A stretch of DNA of 64,000 nt from Azolla caroliniana (taxonomy: Eukaryota; Plantae; Polypodiophyta), in contig JBHGNT010000012.1 in assembly GCA_043228905.1 (NCBI GenBank), positions 5,580,001 to 5,644,000 of the forward strand, read 5' to 3'. A program made the translations under genes and the position numbers. The notes under the pieces are model-generated. The model worked only from the letters and a program-made list of their open reading frames with translations. It made no database searches and was not told the DNA's origin. Below, one piece after another: positions 12,201-25,694 of the stretch (position 1 is its first letter; each line of letters starts with the position of its first letter).

Positions 12201-14889
12201 CGGGGGTTATAGCATTTATACCCCTTCTGTTCGTCTGAGTAGCCGACTAAGATGCACTTTTCGGCTTTGGCGTCGAACTTCCTCCTCTTCTCCTTTGGCA
12301 CATGCACATATGCAATGCTATCGACAATCCTCAAGTGTGCCAAATTCGACTTCTTCCCGAAATACAGCTCATGTGGCGATACTCCTCCATTAGCAAAAGT
12401 CCAATTCTGCAAGTAGATAGCCGTCTTCACGGCTTCAGCCCAATAAAATTTTGGCATATGCTTGTCTTCAAGCATTGGCTTGGCCGCTTCTTCGATTGTC
12501 CGATTCTTCCTTTCGGCTACACCGTTCTGCTCCGGCGTATATCTACACGAGAATTCACACTGAACTCCCTCCTTCTGTAGATAACTTGTGAACTGGTCGG
12601 AGAAGTACTCCTTCCCACCATCGGACCGTAGGCATTTGATCTTACGCCCCATTTCCCTTTCCACAAGGCTCTTCACCTTCAGGAAACATGCAAAGACTTC
12701 GCTCTTCTTCTCAATCGATGAAGTCATCGATGAAGGTTACAAAGTAACGGCTTCCACCGAGAGTCACGTTCTATGCCGGTCCCCACACATCCAAGTGGAT
12801 CAAGTCGAGCAGATTACAGCTCCAATTACGCTCGTTGGGGAATGGAAGTCGATGTTGTTTACCCATCTGACAGGGACTTGGCCATTACGGCCCCAAAATT
12901 TCGGCAAGCCGAAAACAATGTTCTTCATCTGCATCTCACGAAGCCATGGGAAATTTACATGGCCGAACCGTTTGTGCCACTAGTTGATATCTGTTTCGAC
13001 CTTTTGTCCTTTCATGTACAATGCGGTTTCGGTTTGATTAGTGTCGAGGATAAACATCCTCCCTTCACGGCGCCCTTGCGTGATTACTTTGCCTTCCTCT
13101 TCTATGAAGTAGGCGAAATGTGTGAATCGAACTTGCATACCTTGGTCAACGATTTGTCTGACCGACACAAGGTTCTTGGTTATTGTCGGAACGTGCAACA
13201 CGTTCATGAGCTTCCCTTTCTGCCCGACATGGCTGAGGGGAACTTCACCGACATGTTCGATGGTATGCAGAGTGTCGTCTCTGGTTTCGACCACTCGTTG
13301 CAATTCCGGTTTCCCCAAGTACGAGAACCATTCCTCGTGACTCGTCATATGATTTGACGCTCCGGAATCAACATACCACACCTCACTCGATTTCGTGGTG
13401 TTCACGGCCATCAAATTGGCCTTATGCTTCATTACAAATGTGGGGCCCGATCCACTTCCAGCTCGTTTCGGGCCCTCAGTGTAGTGCGACTTTTGAGGCC
13501 TTCCTGCGTCTCTTCTGCTCGGTCCGGCTTTGTCCGAATCAGCTTATTTCTTCCAGCACTCACTCTCTCCTTATGGCCTTTCTTGCCACAGTACCAGCAT
13601 TCCGACGCAGCCTTCTCTTGCCGGCTTCCGGTGCCGCCAGGACTCCCCCTACTTGTGGAGGGTTCAGAACTGTTGTCGGCATTTCGATTCTGCCACTTGT
13701 TCTGCTCTTGTCGACCGCGTCCACTGTGCGCCAATCCACCTCGTCCACCACAACCACGGGGCCTATCTTCCTCCGTGTACAACATCTTGCCATTGGCGTG
13801 CGTACTCGTCGACGCACCCGCGTGATTTTCCTCCACGAGCAACATTGACTAAAGCTCGAAGAACGAAGGCGTATTCTCCCTCGTACAAACCGTCGTTCGG
13901 AAGGCTCCGAACCTGGACGCTAGCCCAACAAGGAAAACCTACACCATTTCATCTTCCTCAACGTTCACGTTGACGGAGGCGAGAGAATCGCATATTTCCT
14001 TGATTCGGGCCGTGTAATCAGCCACAGGCAGATTTTTCTGCCGGACATTGCTGAGCTCCTGCTTCAGCTACAGCTTCCTGGCCGTTGTGCTTCCAGCTAA
14101 AATCTTTTTGAGATTCGCCCACGCATCCTTTGGTGTCTTAGCATCCCGAATATAGCTCAATAGCTGGTCACTCACATAGGATGCAAAGCAGTAGAGAACT
14201 CTACTTGCTGCTTGTTCCCAAGCCGAAAAATCTCTGTGTGTCAAATCCGGTGCTACATCATAAGCTCCTTCGACATAACTCTAGTAGTCGTGACCGAGCA
14301 CGTACTGGTGCATCTTGTACGACCAAGATGCATAGTTACTCCTGTCGAGCTTTTCAGTCAGTAGCGACCTTCCCATACCTCTGTCCATATTGTTGTCTTT
14401 TTCTTTTCCGAAAAAAATCGAAGAACAACTTCAACTCTGTTTTGTCGCAAGCTTTTCTTATCAGCTGCAGAGGACTTCAACCCTCGTGCTTTCATACCAT
14501 GTAAAAGAATACGTGTGTGTAAACACAGAGTACATAGTTCGGAAATAAGATAGTTTGGTAAACGCATAAAACATAGAGATGGAGATGGAGATGGAGAGAT
14601 AGAGAGAGAGCAGACAACTCATTTCTATTTCAAAAATAATGACGCTCTGTACATAGGATGTGCTTAGTGAGCACTTTTATACAAGTCCATACAGACTGAC
14701 TGAAGTACTAACATGTACTTCAATGCTCATAAATGAGCTCTACACGAACTCCCAAAATATATTCCTACGCGAAATATCTTTCCAACGTCCTCGCGGTTTA
14801 CGCACCGCTACGGCCTATTGTGCACACGGTTTTACGCACCCAGTTTATGCATTGGGTTACGCACCGAATGTTGAGCTTGTCTCTCAACA
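9254..14889 (-). mobile_element. Element D: degenerate full-length Ty1/copia
   Basis: LTRs 9254-9630 and 14500-14889 (TG..CA). TSD AGTCT/GGTCT. Met-type PBS TGGTATGAAAGC at 14488-14499. PPT at 9631-9642. Gag, WYVDSGASNH, integrase, YVDDLV and RNase H fragments. Confidence 0.95.
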
Positions 14890-16730
14890 GGTCTTTTTGG
14901 CCGCACTCCAGGAACCACTACGAACGATGTTGACAATATTTGACTTCCAAACAAGCACCATGGATGAAGTCATCGATCGGGTGCTAGAAATCGATAGGGC
15001 CCATGATAGCAATCACATGGCAATGGGAGCTCTACACCGAGTGCTACCCAAAGAAGAGAACTCACGGTTTCGACAGGCAGTCCAATGTATAACGTGCCCC
15101 AACCCTGGTCACTCGACATTAGAATGCACGATGCGGACACGATGCATGTTGTGCCACTCTCGGTCCCATACCATGGACTGGTGCGAGTACAACCTGCTCA
15201 ATCGGCAAGCGGCACCGATACGACACATGGAACCCCGGAGCAAACAACAACCAGAAGAGGGACAGTTCTGGTGGGAAGAACGATATCGACCGAAAGATAG
15301 GGACCAGTACGACGTCAGAAGAAGAGAGGACTACGACGATGACCGCAACTACCAGTGAGGGGGAGACTACAATCGGGAGCGTTACGATCGCGACTACTCC
15401 CCGATTATAATCTTATAAGAGATGACAGAAGATACCCGGAACGACAGGAGTACCCAGATCAGGATAGACGGTACCCGGAATGCCAAGGGAACCAGAACCA
15501 CCACCGCCACAACCATAAGGGAAAGAATCGCTGAGAAGAATGTTGGGAACTGGCCAGAGAATACCGAAGGAAGACGAATGCAGAAATGACCATCCCAATC
15601 CCGCAACCGGAGCAACAAAGGCTAGAGGAAACCAACCAGATGAATTCCGGTAGTATGCCGAGAACGATGGAGAAAGGAGAATCAAGTAATAACTGGAGCG
15701 TGTACTGTTACTACTGCCGGAAGGAAGGACATTATAGTAGTCAGTGCCCGTGCAAGACTAACGAAACTAGTCGGCTGTGAATATGGTAATCGAAGAGGTG
15801 ACCGACGTTCAACAAGTCACCACAAGAGCTAAAGGGAAAACTACCAAGGGGGAAAATCAGGAGGCCATCCGAAAGCAGGCTACCGAATGGATACAGACGA
15901 CCAATGAACGGAACGCGGTGTCGTGAAGATTCTCGTCCATAGTGAGAAACCGGGGGATATCGGAAGAATCGGCAGGGTGGAGCATGTGCACCCACCCTTA
16001 TATAAATTGTGTAAATGATAGGGGCGCCATTATGGTGCCAGACAGTAGTTAATTTGGGACAGAGGATCCCATGTAATATGGGATTTATCCCACATTGTTA
16101 TGCATCCCTCTCCTTGTTCTATAAAAGGAAGGGAGCGCCCTTTGTAAAGGGGTTGCCCATTTTTGAGTCATAAGGGTATATACCATTTTGGTCGAGGGTC
16201 TTTCCGTTAGGAGTTGGTCTAGGGTTAGTAACTTTCTTTGTAGTCTTCTTCTTCTTCTTCTCCTTCTGGAGAAGTTGGGGCGTTGCAGCCATGGCGGCAA
16301 AGCTCTGTTAGGGTTGTGTTCTTCGTCTTTTCCTTCTTCGTTGCTGTGCGCGTTGAGTCCTCGAGTCTGTTCTGAGTGTAGGCCGGCCCAAAGCAAGGTT
16401 TGTATCTATCTTTGTGAATATACACATATTTATATATATATATATAAGAATGCAAGAGTTTGAATCTCTACCGGTGTCACGCGTGTTTCCCTTACTCTGT
16501 TCTCTGTACAAACAAGGCGTGGTCTGAGTCGGTGTTGCGCACATATTCTCTCTCTCCTCTCCTCTCTTGTTCTCGCCCGATTCCGGTACGTGTTCCGAAT
16601 AGCCCCGGTTTGTACCACGACCGGTGCAATTGAACCGGAGAGGGTGGGCTTCTCGGCATCCATCTCTTCCTGGTCTGAGACCTCGTGGTCCCGCCCTTCT
16701 ACATGCACTCAAGTAATAACACAACATATT

Positions 16731-16748
16731 TGGTGAACCTGACGTGAA
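16731..16748 (+). promoter_or_regulatory. Primer-binding site complementary to the tRNA-Trp 3' end
   Basis: TGGTGAACCTGACGTGAA here, TGGTGAACCCGACGTGAA at 32332 and TGGTGAAGCCAACGTGAA at 44202. Plant tRNA-Trp ends ..TTCACGTCGGGTTCACCA (recalled). Confidence 0.85.
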
Positions 16749-16763
16749 GGGCGGCAAGGGAGA

Positions 16764-18159
16764 ATGGAGTTGGAAGAAGACAAATTCGCACAACTTTTTG
16801 TCGAAGCGGTGAGGGAGCTGTTGAATGCGTGGCCAAAAGGGTCGGCCGTTTCAACGGGGACAAAGTCCCATCTTACATGCAAGCCTACAACGAGGAGATG
16901 GAGGCGTGAGGCGTGGACGATGCGTTCAGGCTAGAGTTTTTCTGTTGGATCACAGCCCCTTGGGTATACGCGAAAGTAAAAGAGCTCGGAGAGGCCCACA
17001 GTTCGTGGGAAACTTTCGAAAGGGCACTCTGGCGGGCATACGGCGAACTGCCAAGGGGTCGAAACCGGTGCGACTTTGACCAATGGGTAGCATCGTCCAA
17101 GACCCACCGTCGAGCAACTAAGGCGTTCCAGGAGTTCAGGTGATGCTTCGCACGGCTCCTAGAGCGGGAACAAAGACTGGTGGGGGCGGACAAAGTCCTA
17201 CTATTCGTCAGGTCGATACACCAGGCGGAACGGGAGGTCATCGGAATCGAACTCGAAGAAGATGACGGAGCGAATGGCCTCACGGAGGACTGGTCGAAAG
17301 TCAGAAGGGTATGCCAACGACTAGATGACGAGCGAGCCGATAAAGCTAGGGGGAAGGCGTGCGACAGCGCGCTATCACAGCAAGAAGAGGGTGAGCGGCA
17401 AGGCTCGGCTTCGGGGCCAGGATTGTGGAGGCGTACGAAGCTCTCGAGGCAATGGTCGAGGAAGAGGAAAGATCGAGGCAGCAAGCTGACGCCAAGGAGA
17501 CGGACTTGCCCCACGAGATGGTAGAAGATCAGTACGACGGTGCCATGGAAGAGGGTGCGGAACAAAACGCCCTCTTGGTTTGCGGAGATAGAACAACCAA
17601 GGACAAGACCGAGATACCGATCGCAGATTTGGAACAATGGGGTCGGCGATTTTGGGCACGTAAGCCCGAAACACCGGACATTGGAGAAGCAACCCTAGGC
17701 AGGGCTTTCACAATCGGAAAGAAGACGGCCACCGACCACGAGGAGTCGGTGGCTATGGATAAGGGCGTAAATAGGAAAGACGATTCTACGCGTCTCCCCA
17801 CACTTGCTCCCGAGATGATGGCAGTCGGACCCAAGCGCCCATGTGAGTCCCAAGGCGAGGAAGGCGGCCCCGTGAAGCCGAGAATCGTCGGTGTGACGAT
17901 ACGCGGAAGAAGCGGAGAAGAGCCCTCCACGCGGATTTCGGAGACTCCGGCAATCGAGCCTGTGTACCGACATAAGGCCGGAGAGATGGAAGGCGCAAGC
18001 GAGGAGTCCTGGCACAATGCCAGCGAAGATGGATGGGAAACGGCCTATGAGAAGGTCAAGGACAGAGCCACGGCGGAGAAGGAGGAAATGAGAGTCAGCG
18101 CCGAAGGGAGTGGAATCAGAAGTCGAACCGACCAGAGATCGGACTGGTCGGTATCTTGA
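16764..18159 (+). pseudogene. Gag-like ORF of element F with acidic low-complexity tail, frameshifted
   Basis: Collinear with G 32365-33732 (MELEED.., GRFNGDKVP.Y, VGADKVLLFV, GANGLTEDWSKV). Confidence 0.75.
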
Positions 18160-18376
18160 TTCGGGTGGAGCACAATCCGGATGTCAATCGTGTGACTAGG
18201 GCAAGGTTCGGCATGAAGGTGCCGACACGGAAGAGGGTGCGGGACGAGCCGCCCTCTTTTATATGGGGAGAAAGATCGGCCGGGCGAAGGTCGGGAATTG
18301 GGAAGAAGATGATCGCGGGCACAGAACGAGTCCAAGAGAATCAGTATCGGAGCCGAAACTCCGGACATTGGAGAAT

Positions 18377-21300
18377 TGTTGAGCGGCAAGCTCAACCGGA
18401 GCCGGAACGGCTGAATAAGCCGGAGCTGGTAAGCGAGACGGATCGGGCGAAACGGATCGGTATGACGGTGAGCAACCGAACCGGCAAGCAATGGAGGCCG
18501 GGTGCAATCTGTAACCGGCAGTCCAATCGGAAGCCTAGTATAGGATAGACTACTAGGTAGCTATAGTCTGGTAGTAAGTGTCAGATGCTCGTGTGAGCAT
18601 TGAAGTACATGGTACTTCTGTCAGTCCCAAGAGGACTTGTATAAATAGTGCTACTTAGCACAGTGTGTAGATAGAGTGTCTCGATATAATTTTGAAATTG
18701 TGTTCTACTCTCTCTGTCTCTCTCGCTCTCTCTCTCTCTCTGTGTTGTTCTCTGTTTTACAATTCCGTGAACACTTACGTTAACATGGTATCAGAGCGCG
18801 AGGGTTGAGAACCTCTGCTGCAGACATTTGCTCTTGAGAAGAAAACCCTAACAGGTCGAAAACAGACACAGTAGAAGACATGGATAGAGGCATGGCTACG
18901 TCGCTTCCGGTGGAGAAGCTCGACAGGAACAACTACGCATCCTGGTCTTACAAGATGCACCAGTACCTGCTTGGACACGGGTACTGGAGTTATGTCGAAG
19001 GAGCAAATGATGCGGCGCCAGACTCAGCACACAAGGACTTCCCGGTATGGGAACAGGCGGCAAGCAGGGTGATGTACTGCTTCGCGTCCAGTGTCGGCGA
19101 TCAGCTGCTCAGCCACATCCGTGACGCCAAGACACCGAAGGATGCTTGGGGGAACCTGAAAAAGGTTTTCACCGCAAGCACCACTGCCCGGAAGCTGCAA
19201 CTCAGACAGGAGTTGAGCAATGTTCGACAGAAGAACATGGACTCCGTGCCAGACTACACGGGCCGGATAAAGGAGATCTGCGACTCGCTCGTCTCTATCA
19301 ATGTTACCATAGAGGAAGACGAGATGGTGCAGGTATGTCTCGGAGGCCTGGCATCCAAGTTCGGAGCGTTCCGGACTGCGGTGTGTACAAGGGAGAATAC
19401 CCCCTCATTCTTCGACTTACAGTCGATGCTCCTTGTAGAGGAGAACCACGCCGGTGCATCTAACAGTGCATCCCCGGACAGCCGAATGTTGTACACGGGA
19501 ACGGATCGGCTCCATGGGCGTGGTGGAAGAGGTGGGTCGGCACGCAATGGAGGCGGCCAGCAAGAGCAGGAACGGTGGCACTATGAGTGTGCCGACAGCA
19601 GTTCCGGGACTTCCACAAGCAGGGAGAGTCAAGGCGGTGTCGGAGACCGGCAAGACAAATCCGCTATGGAATGCTGGTACTGTGGCAAAAATGGCCACAG
19701 GGAAAGCGAGTGTTGGAGAAAGCGTGCCGATTCGGACAAATCCGGATTCGGCAAGACCGGTAAGGATGGCCGGCAAAACTCGCACTACGCAAACGGATCA
19801 GGAGGATCCGAAACCGGAAAGGCCGGTAAGGGGCCAGCCTTGGTGATGAATCACAAGGCAAACTCAATGAAGAAGACCACTTCCAAAATGGAGGAAGTGT
19901 GGTATGTTGATTCCGGCGCGTCGAACCACATGACGAGCCACAAAGAGTGGTTCTCCTTTTTGGAGAAACCGGATCAACCAGGAGTAGTCGAAACTGGAGA
20001 CGACACTCCTCACCCAATCGTGCACGTCGGAGAAGTCCCTCTAAGCCACGTCCGACAGAAAGGGAAGCTGATGAACGTATTACACGTTCCGACAATCACG
20101 AAGAACCTGGTGTCCGTCGGTCAGATTGTCGACCAGGGGATGCAGGTGCGGTTTACGCACCTCGGGTGCTTCATTGAGGATGAGGGCGAAGTCATTGCGC
20201 AAGGGCGCAGAGACGGGAGGATGTTTATCCTCAACACCAATGACGTTGGCACCGCTCTGTTCGCGAATCGACAGAAGGTCGAGTCGGACATTGACCTATG
20301 GCACAAGCGAATAGGCCACATCAACTACCGGAGGCTTCAAGACCTGCAAACGAAACAAGTCGTTTTCGGTTTGCCGAAGTTCAGCGGCCAGAGAGCCGAA
20401 ATTTGTGAAGCCTGCCAACTTGGGAAGCAACACCGGCTTCCATTCCCCACCGATACTTCGTCTCCTTCATCGACGACTATACTCGACATACTTGGATCTA
20501 CCTCATTGAGCGGAAGAGAGAAGTCTTCGACTGTTTCCGGAGCCTCCAGAAGATGGTGGAACGGGAATCGGAGAGGAAGATCAAATGCCTTCGGTCGGAT
20601 GGTGGAAAGGAATATTTTTCCGGCCAATTCACTAGTTATCTACAACAGAAGGGAATTCGGCGAGAGTTCGGCTGCAGATACACAACGGAGCAAAACGGTG
20701 TGGCCGAAAGGAAGAATCAGACACTCGTCGAAGCGGCAAGGGCGATGCTGGAGGAGAAGAGCATGCCCCGGTTCTACTGGGCGGAGGCGGTCCGGACGAC
20801 CGTCTACATACAAAACCGCATTGGTGACAAGGTGTCAGCTCATGAGCTGTATTTCGGGCGCAAGCCGAACTTAAGACACCTTCGGATATTCGGAAGCATA
20901 GCGTATGTGCATGTGCCGGATCAGAAGCGGAGAAAGCTGGATGCAAAATCGGAAAAATGCATCCTAGTCGGCTATGCTGAAGAGCAAAAGGGGTATAAGT
21001 GCTATAACCCCCGGACGAAGGAAGTCCGGGTTAGTCGGGATGTCGAGTTCGATGAATCGGCATCCTGATACTCCGTACCGACTCCGACTTCCGATCCCGA
21101 CCCAATGTTGGAAGATCAGGCCAGTGAGCCTGAATCAGCCCTGGCAGAGAATGATGATGTCGGGACTCAAGATGAGAGTCCGGAATCGTTACGGTTGAGT
21201 GGACCGAACGAGCGACTGAGTCGGTTGGACCAATCGGATGAAGAGACGGCAAGTGGTGGAGACTCTGTCGTGCTCTCCCCGCGCAAGGCACCGAGGAAAC

Positions 21301-24245
21301 GGTTCACGCGCAAAGAGAAGGGGAAGAGGAAGATGCCGGAATTCGAAACCGGCAACGATGAGTCGGATCGGTGCGTATCCGACTCCGGAAAGGGGAAAGG
21401 AGGATCTTCGGCAACGAAGACTGAACTGGCCAAGAAGGGCCTCAAATCAGGTGATGGTGCGTTGCGCCGATCAACCCGCCAGAAGGATCCCGTCATCCGG
21501 TACGGGTACAATGAATACATGGCGCATCATTATGCGTACATGAGTAAGGTGACAGAAGTGCGTGAGCCAAAGAGCTACGCAGAAGCGGCAAAGGACGCAA
21601 ATTGGCGTGCCGCTATGGACGAAGAAATGCGGGCACTCGATGCCAACGAAACTTGGGACCTAGTTGATCCTCCCCGTCACTGTAAACCGATCAGATGTAA
21701 GTGGGTGTACAAGGTCAAGTACAATGCCGACGGATCTGTTAACCGGTACAAAGCCCGGTTAGTGGCGAAGGGATACGGGCAGACCCACGGAATCGACTAC
21801 GACGAGACCTTCGCTCCTGTAGCGAAGATGACGACGGTTCGTGTGGTACTGGCGGTTGCTGCGGCAAGGGGGTGGCATCTTCACCAGATGGATGTGAAGA
21901 ACACCTTCCTTCAAGGAGAGCTTGAAGAAGAAGTCTTTATGACTCAGCCCCCCGGATTTCAATCGGAGATGAACAAGTCGGCGGTATGCCGACTGAAGAA
22001 GTCGCTTTACGGCTTGAAGCAAGCCCCCCAAGCTTGGAACGCGAAGATCACGCACCGGTTGCGTAAGCTGGGGTTTGCTGTCTCTAAGTCGGACTCTTCG
22101 TTGTTCATCCGGCAAGGCTCTGGCGGTCCGGTATGTATACTCTTGTATGTGGATGATTTAGTCATCACCGGATCGGGTCTTCCCGAAATCAACCGCGTCA
22201 AGTCCCAGTTGTCAGGCGCATTCGAAGTGATCCGGACCTGGGGGACCTTCATTATTTTCTTGGGATTGAAGTGATCCGGACCCCCGACGGCATATTGCTC
22301 TCACAACGAAATTATGTGTTGAATATGCTGTATAAGTTCGGCATGAAGGATTGCCGACCTGTCTCCACACCCCTGGACCGGAACCAGAAGCTCCGTCCCA
22401 ACTCCGGACCGGCCTGCAATGAGAAACGGTTCCAACAGGTTGTCGGAAGCCTGATCTACTTAACCATCACCCGACCTGACATCAGCTATCCGGTCGGCAT
22501 GGTAAGTCAGTTCATGCAGAAGCCGACCGTGGAGCACCTTCAGTGCGCGCAACGAATTTTATGGTATGTCAGCGGCACTAAGGACCGGGGACTGCTATAC
22601 CGGCGAGGTATACCCGAAGAGCTTGTCGGTTACACAGATGCTGACTGTGCTGGCGATGCGTCTGATCGCCGCTCCACTTCCAGATACATGTTCTCCATAG
22701 GTTGCGCGGCAGTTGCGTGGAGCAGCAAGAAGCAGCCCACAATGGCTTTGTCAAGCACTGAGGCTGAGTACCGGGCCGCTACCGTTGCCACTTGTGAAGC
22801 CATCTAGCTTCGGCGACTGCTGCGAGACTTGCGGATAGAGGTACCAACCCCGATCCCGATTTACTGCGATAACATGAGCAGCCTGCAGCTCGCCAGGAAC
22901 CCTGTGTTCCATGCTCGCACAAAGCACATCGAGGTGCACTACCACTTCGTGCGTGAGCGGGTCCTGAGCGGTGAAGTTGACCTACGGTATGTTCATACGG
23001 ATCGGCAAGTTGCCGACATCTTCACCAAGCCGCTCAGATCGGACAAGTTGCAGCACTTTACCGACATGCTTGGTATTCAGCATCTCAACGTGCCGCACTT
23101 GAGGGGGAGAAACAAGGGCAAAGTCTCTATCGATACGGGCAATGGCCAAAAAACTGTTGAACCCGTCGGTAAGAGGAGATCCGGAAGAAGAGGAGACAAG
23201 AAGATGAAGGAAGCCGAGTCGACGAAGGAAGTAGACACATCCGAACAAGTCGGAGCAAGCGGCTGTGAAGAAGAGTTGTGCACTCAGGAAGAGAAGTGCA
23301 TGTTGTGCGAAGGTCATCACGACGGTACTGACCATGATGTGGAGTCGAATGAAGAATTCGATTTCAGTTCACTGGCTGAAGAAGCCGAGGGAAGCATGGA
23401 GAAGGCCAAGACTCGAAAGTGGTCCGATGTGGTGAGAGGCCTGAAGCCAGAAGTCGAATCGGAGTGTACCGATTCGGACAAGAGCTGGAACGAGTCCGAG
23501 ACAGCTGACTCGGATCAACAGATGGATCTGGATGAGTCGGATCGACTAAAGGCCAAGGGGACACGGACACAGCGGACGTCGATGCCATCGTGGGAGAACC
23601 GATGGATCGGCAAGCGCCGGAGTCACAGCAACGTGAGTGTTGAGATGGGCCTATTGAGCAGACATGCCGACCGAGAGGGTCGAGGCGCACAGAACCAAAG
23701 GGGTCGCGGCAAACGGGACCGGACCGGACGACGAGCGCGAGCAAGGCGGAGTAACGCTAGGAGAAGTTGGTTGGAAGAACCGACTGCCACAGAGGTCGAC
23801 ACTACGACCCCACCTTAGGTTGAGCTTGAGGGGGAGTGTTGAGCGGCAAGCTCAACCGAAGCCAGATCGGCTGAATAAGCCGGAGCCGGTAAGCGAGACG
23901 GATCGGGCGAAACGGATCGGTATGACGGTGAGCAACCGAACCGGCAAGCAATGGAGGCCGGGTGCAATCCGTAACCGGCAATCCAATCGGAAGCCTAGTA
24001 TAGGATAGATTACTAGGTAGCTATAGTCTCGTAGTAAGTGTCAGATGCTCGTGTGATCATTGAAGTACATTGTACTTCTGTCAGTCCCAAGAGGACTTGT
24101 ATAAATAGTGCTACTTAGCACAGTGTGTAGATAGAGTGTCTCGATATAATTTTGAAATTGCGTTCTGCTCTCTCTGTCTCTCTCGCTCTCTCTCTCTCTC
24201 TGTGTTGTTCTCTGTTTTACGGTTCCGCGAACACTTACGTTAACA
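18377..24245 (+). mobile_element. Element E: full-length Ty1/copia, same family group as D and K
   Basis: 409-bp LTRs 18377-18785 and 23837-24245, about 15 mismatches by eye. Perfect TSD AGAAT. PBS TGGTATCAGAGC at 18786-18797. PPT at 23825-23836. Confidence 0.97.
18880..23818 (+). pseudogene. gag-pol of element E with a C-terminal extension
   Basis: Gag CWYCGKNGHRESEC, WYVDSGASNH, GAG-pre-integrase, integrase, YVDDLV and RNase H. Deletion and frameshift near 20450, stops near 21066 and 22805, frameshift near 22230. Confidence 0.95.
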
Positions 24246-25694
24246 AGAATCAAGCCCAGGTGGGGCTTGATCGATCATAGAGCGGATGTTATTCACTGAC
24301 ACCACTAAAAGGGTCGGTAGCCTGGGCCAAGCCATCAGGAGTCGTTACGAAATCGGTATCCCCACATCTTGACCGGAGACTTCGGCAGTTTGGCCAGCGT
24401 GGCAATGTGAGACCGAAAGAGAAGGGAGATGGTGGGGAAGCGCAAGGAAAGGGATCGACGGCAACAGGGAGAAACAATAGAGGCGGTTGACTGAAGTATG
24501 GGTCCTCCACACTCGTTCCCGAGACTTAGGCCGTGGCATCCGAGAACCAGCGGAAGACCTAAGAGACGGAAAGTGGCGGCAAGGACGCAGAGGTCACGGC
24601 CAGTACAACCGATCCGGAAGCAAAGGCAACGAAGACCGGTCCTATGGGTCACCTCACACCGGGCTAGAGACTTCAGCGGTCAGCATCGGATCCGACGTAA
24701 GACCAAGATATTGACGGTGGCAGCAGGAGAACGAGACTCGGCAATCCAGAGAATGACGGATGGACCCGGACGAGAACCGAGCGGAGCGGACTTTCGGATA
24801 ACCAATTCGGGAGGGAGGAGAGAGCAAGCCTACGGAGAGGCCGGGAACACGGTACGTTGGTACCACGGGAGAGGGTTTGGAGCGAGCCACCCTCTCAACT
24901 TGCAGAGACAGATGACCTAGGATAAGGGTAAGAGATACGACAAGCACGAGGAGGATCCTTCACACCGGTTCTAGAGGCTCCGGCGGTCGGCCCGAGAGCC
25001 GGCGTGAGATCTAGAGTGACGAACGATGGCGGCGAGCGGACGAAGGCAAAGGTTGCGGATGGGCGGTCCACGGAGATCCTCACACCGATCCGGCGGTCAG
25101 CCCAAGAGCCGGCGTGAGTCCCCTAGGAAAGGATGGTGGCGGCAGGTGAACGGGGGATCCCCATAAGCGGCATGGGAATGTGGATGGGCGGTCTACGGAG
25201 ATCCTCACACCGATCCGGAGGTCGTCTCCGGTGGTCGGCCCGAGAGTCGACGTGAGACCTAGAGTGACGAATGGTGTTGGCGAGGGGAAAAAGGCAAAGG
25301 ATTGTGGAAGGGCGGTCTACGGAGACCCTCACACCAATCCGGTGGTCGGCCTGAGAGCCGTCGTGAGTCCTATAGGGGAGAGAATGGTGGCGGTAGGAGA
25401 ACGTGATCGGACGACGGAAAGTAGAGCGAAAGGAAGTATGAGGCCGGCGAGGCGGCCACAAACCAAAACCGGACCTTCCGGCAAGGTCAATGGAAGGAAG
25501 AAGAAGAAGAAAAGGAAGACCGATCCTATGGGATCCTCGCACCGATCCGAAGACCCCGGCAGCTCAAGCCAACGTGGTAGTGTGAGACCGAGTGAGAAGG
25601 ACAGTGGCAGCAGGAAACGGGACCCAACAATGCAGAAGAGCGGACCGGGAGCCGATAAGTCGGGAACCGGCAAGGGAAGAATGGACAATGAGGC

